Source: Octopus bimaculoides (lineage: Eukaryota). From it: a DNA stretch of 64,000 bases. The position numbers and the translations under genes are program-made. Location: positions 130,081,324 through 130,145,323 of the forward strand of contig NC_068982.1 of the NCBI RefSeq assembly GCF_001194135.2, written 5' to 3'. Below are positions 63,982 through 64,000 of the stretch, in pieces. Numbering within the stretch: the first letter of the stretch is position 1; each line of letters opens with the position of its first letter. The notes beneath the pieces are model-generated. The model saw nothing but the letters and a program-made list of their open reading frames with translations. It ran no database searches and was not told where the DNA came from.

Positions 63982-64000
63982 ACTGATGCTTTCTTACCAC

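Overview
This is AT-rich, repeat-saturated animal genomic DNA with many N gaps, most of them flanked by microsatellites. The SINE, LINE and transposon repertoire looks cephalopod, probably Octopus; that is inferred from recalled repeat families, not from a search. I could not identify any complete host protein-coding gene, and most ORFs in the track are microsatellite or gap artefacts. Recognisable content: about 20 tRNA-derived SINE copies; decayed non-LTR retrotransposons (R4/Dong-like RLE, RTE, CR1/L2-like, a gag-like ORF1, a Penelope GIY-YIG fragment); DNA transposons (a full-length mariner, a Tc1, a MITE, a Tigger/pogo relic); and a non-autonomous Helitron. The most interesting signal is RNA-level. 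Two homologous copies of a repeat (354-bp unit in the copy where it can be measured) each carry a type I hammerhead ribozyme fold (42.5 kb and 48.5 kb), consistent with a retrozyme or Penelope pseudo-LTR family. A degenerate HDV-like ribozyme fold starts exactly at the 5' boundary of an RTE-like 5'UTR (30.7 kb). Also notable are three RLE-retrotransposon 3' ends stacked in one (AAT)n array, a ~610-bp palindrome, and a compact candidate 3-exon transcription unit at 15.5-17.0 kb. All folds, alignments and splice calls were made by eye and need computational confirmation.
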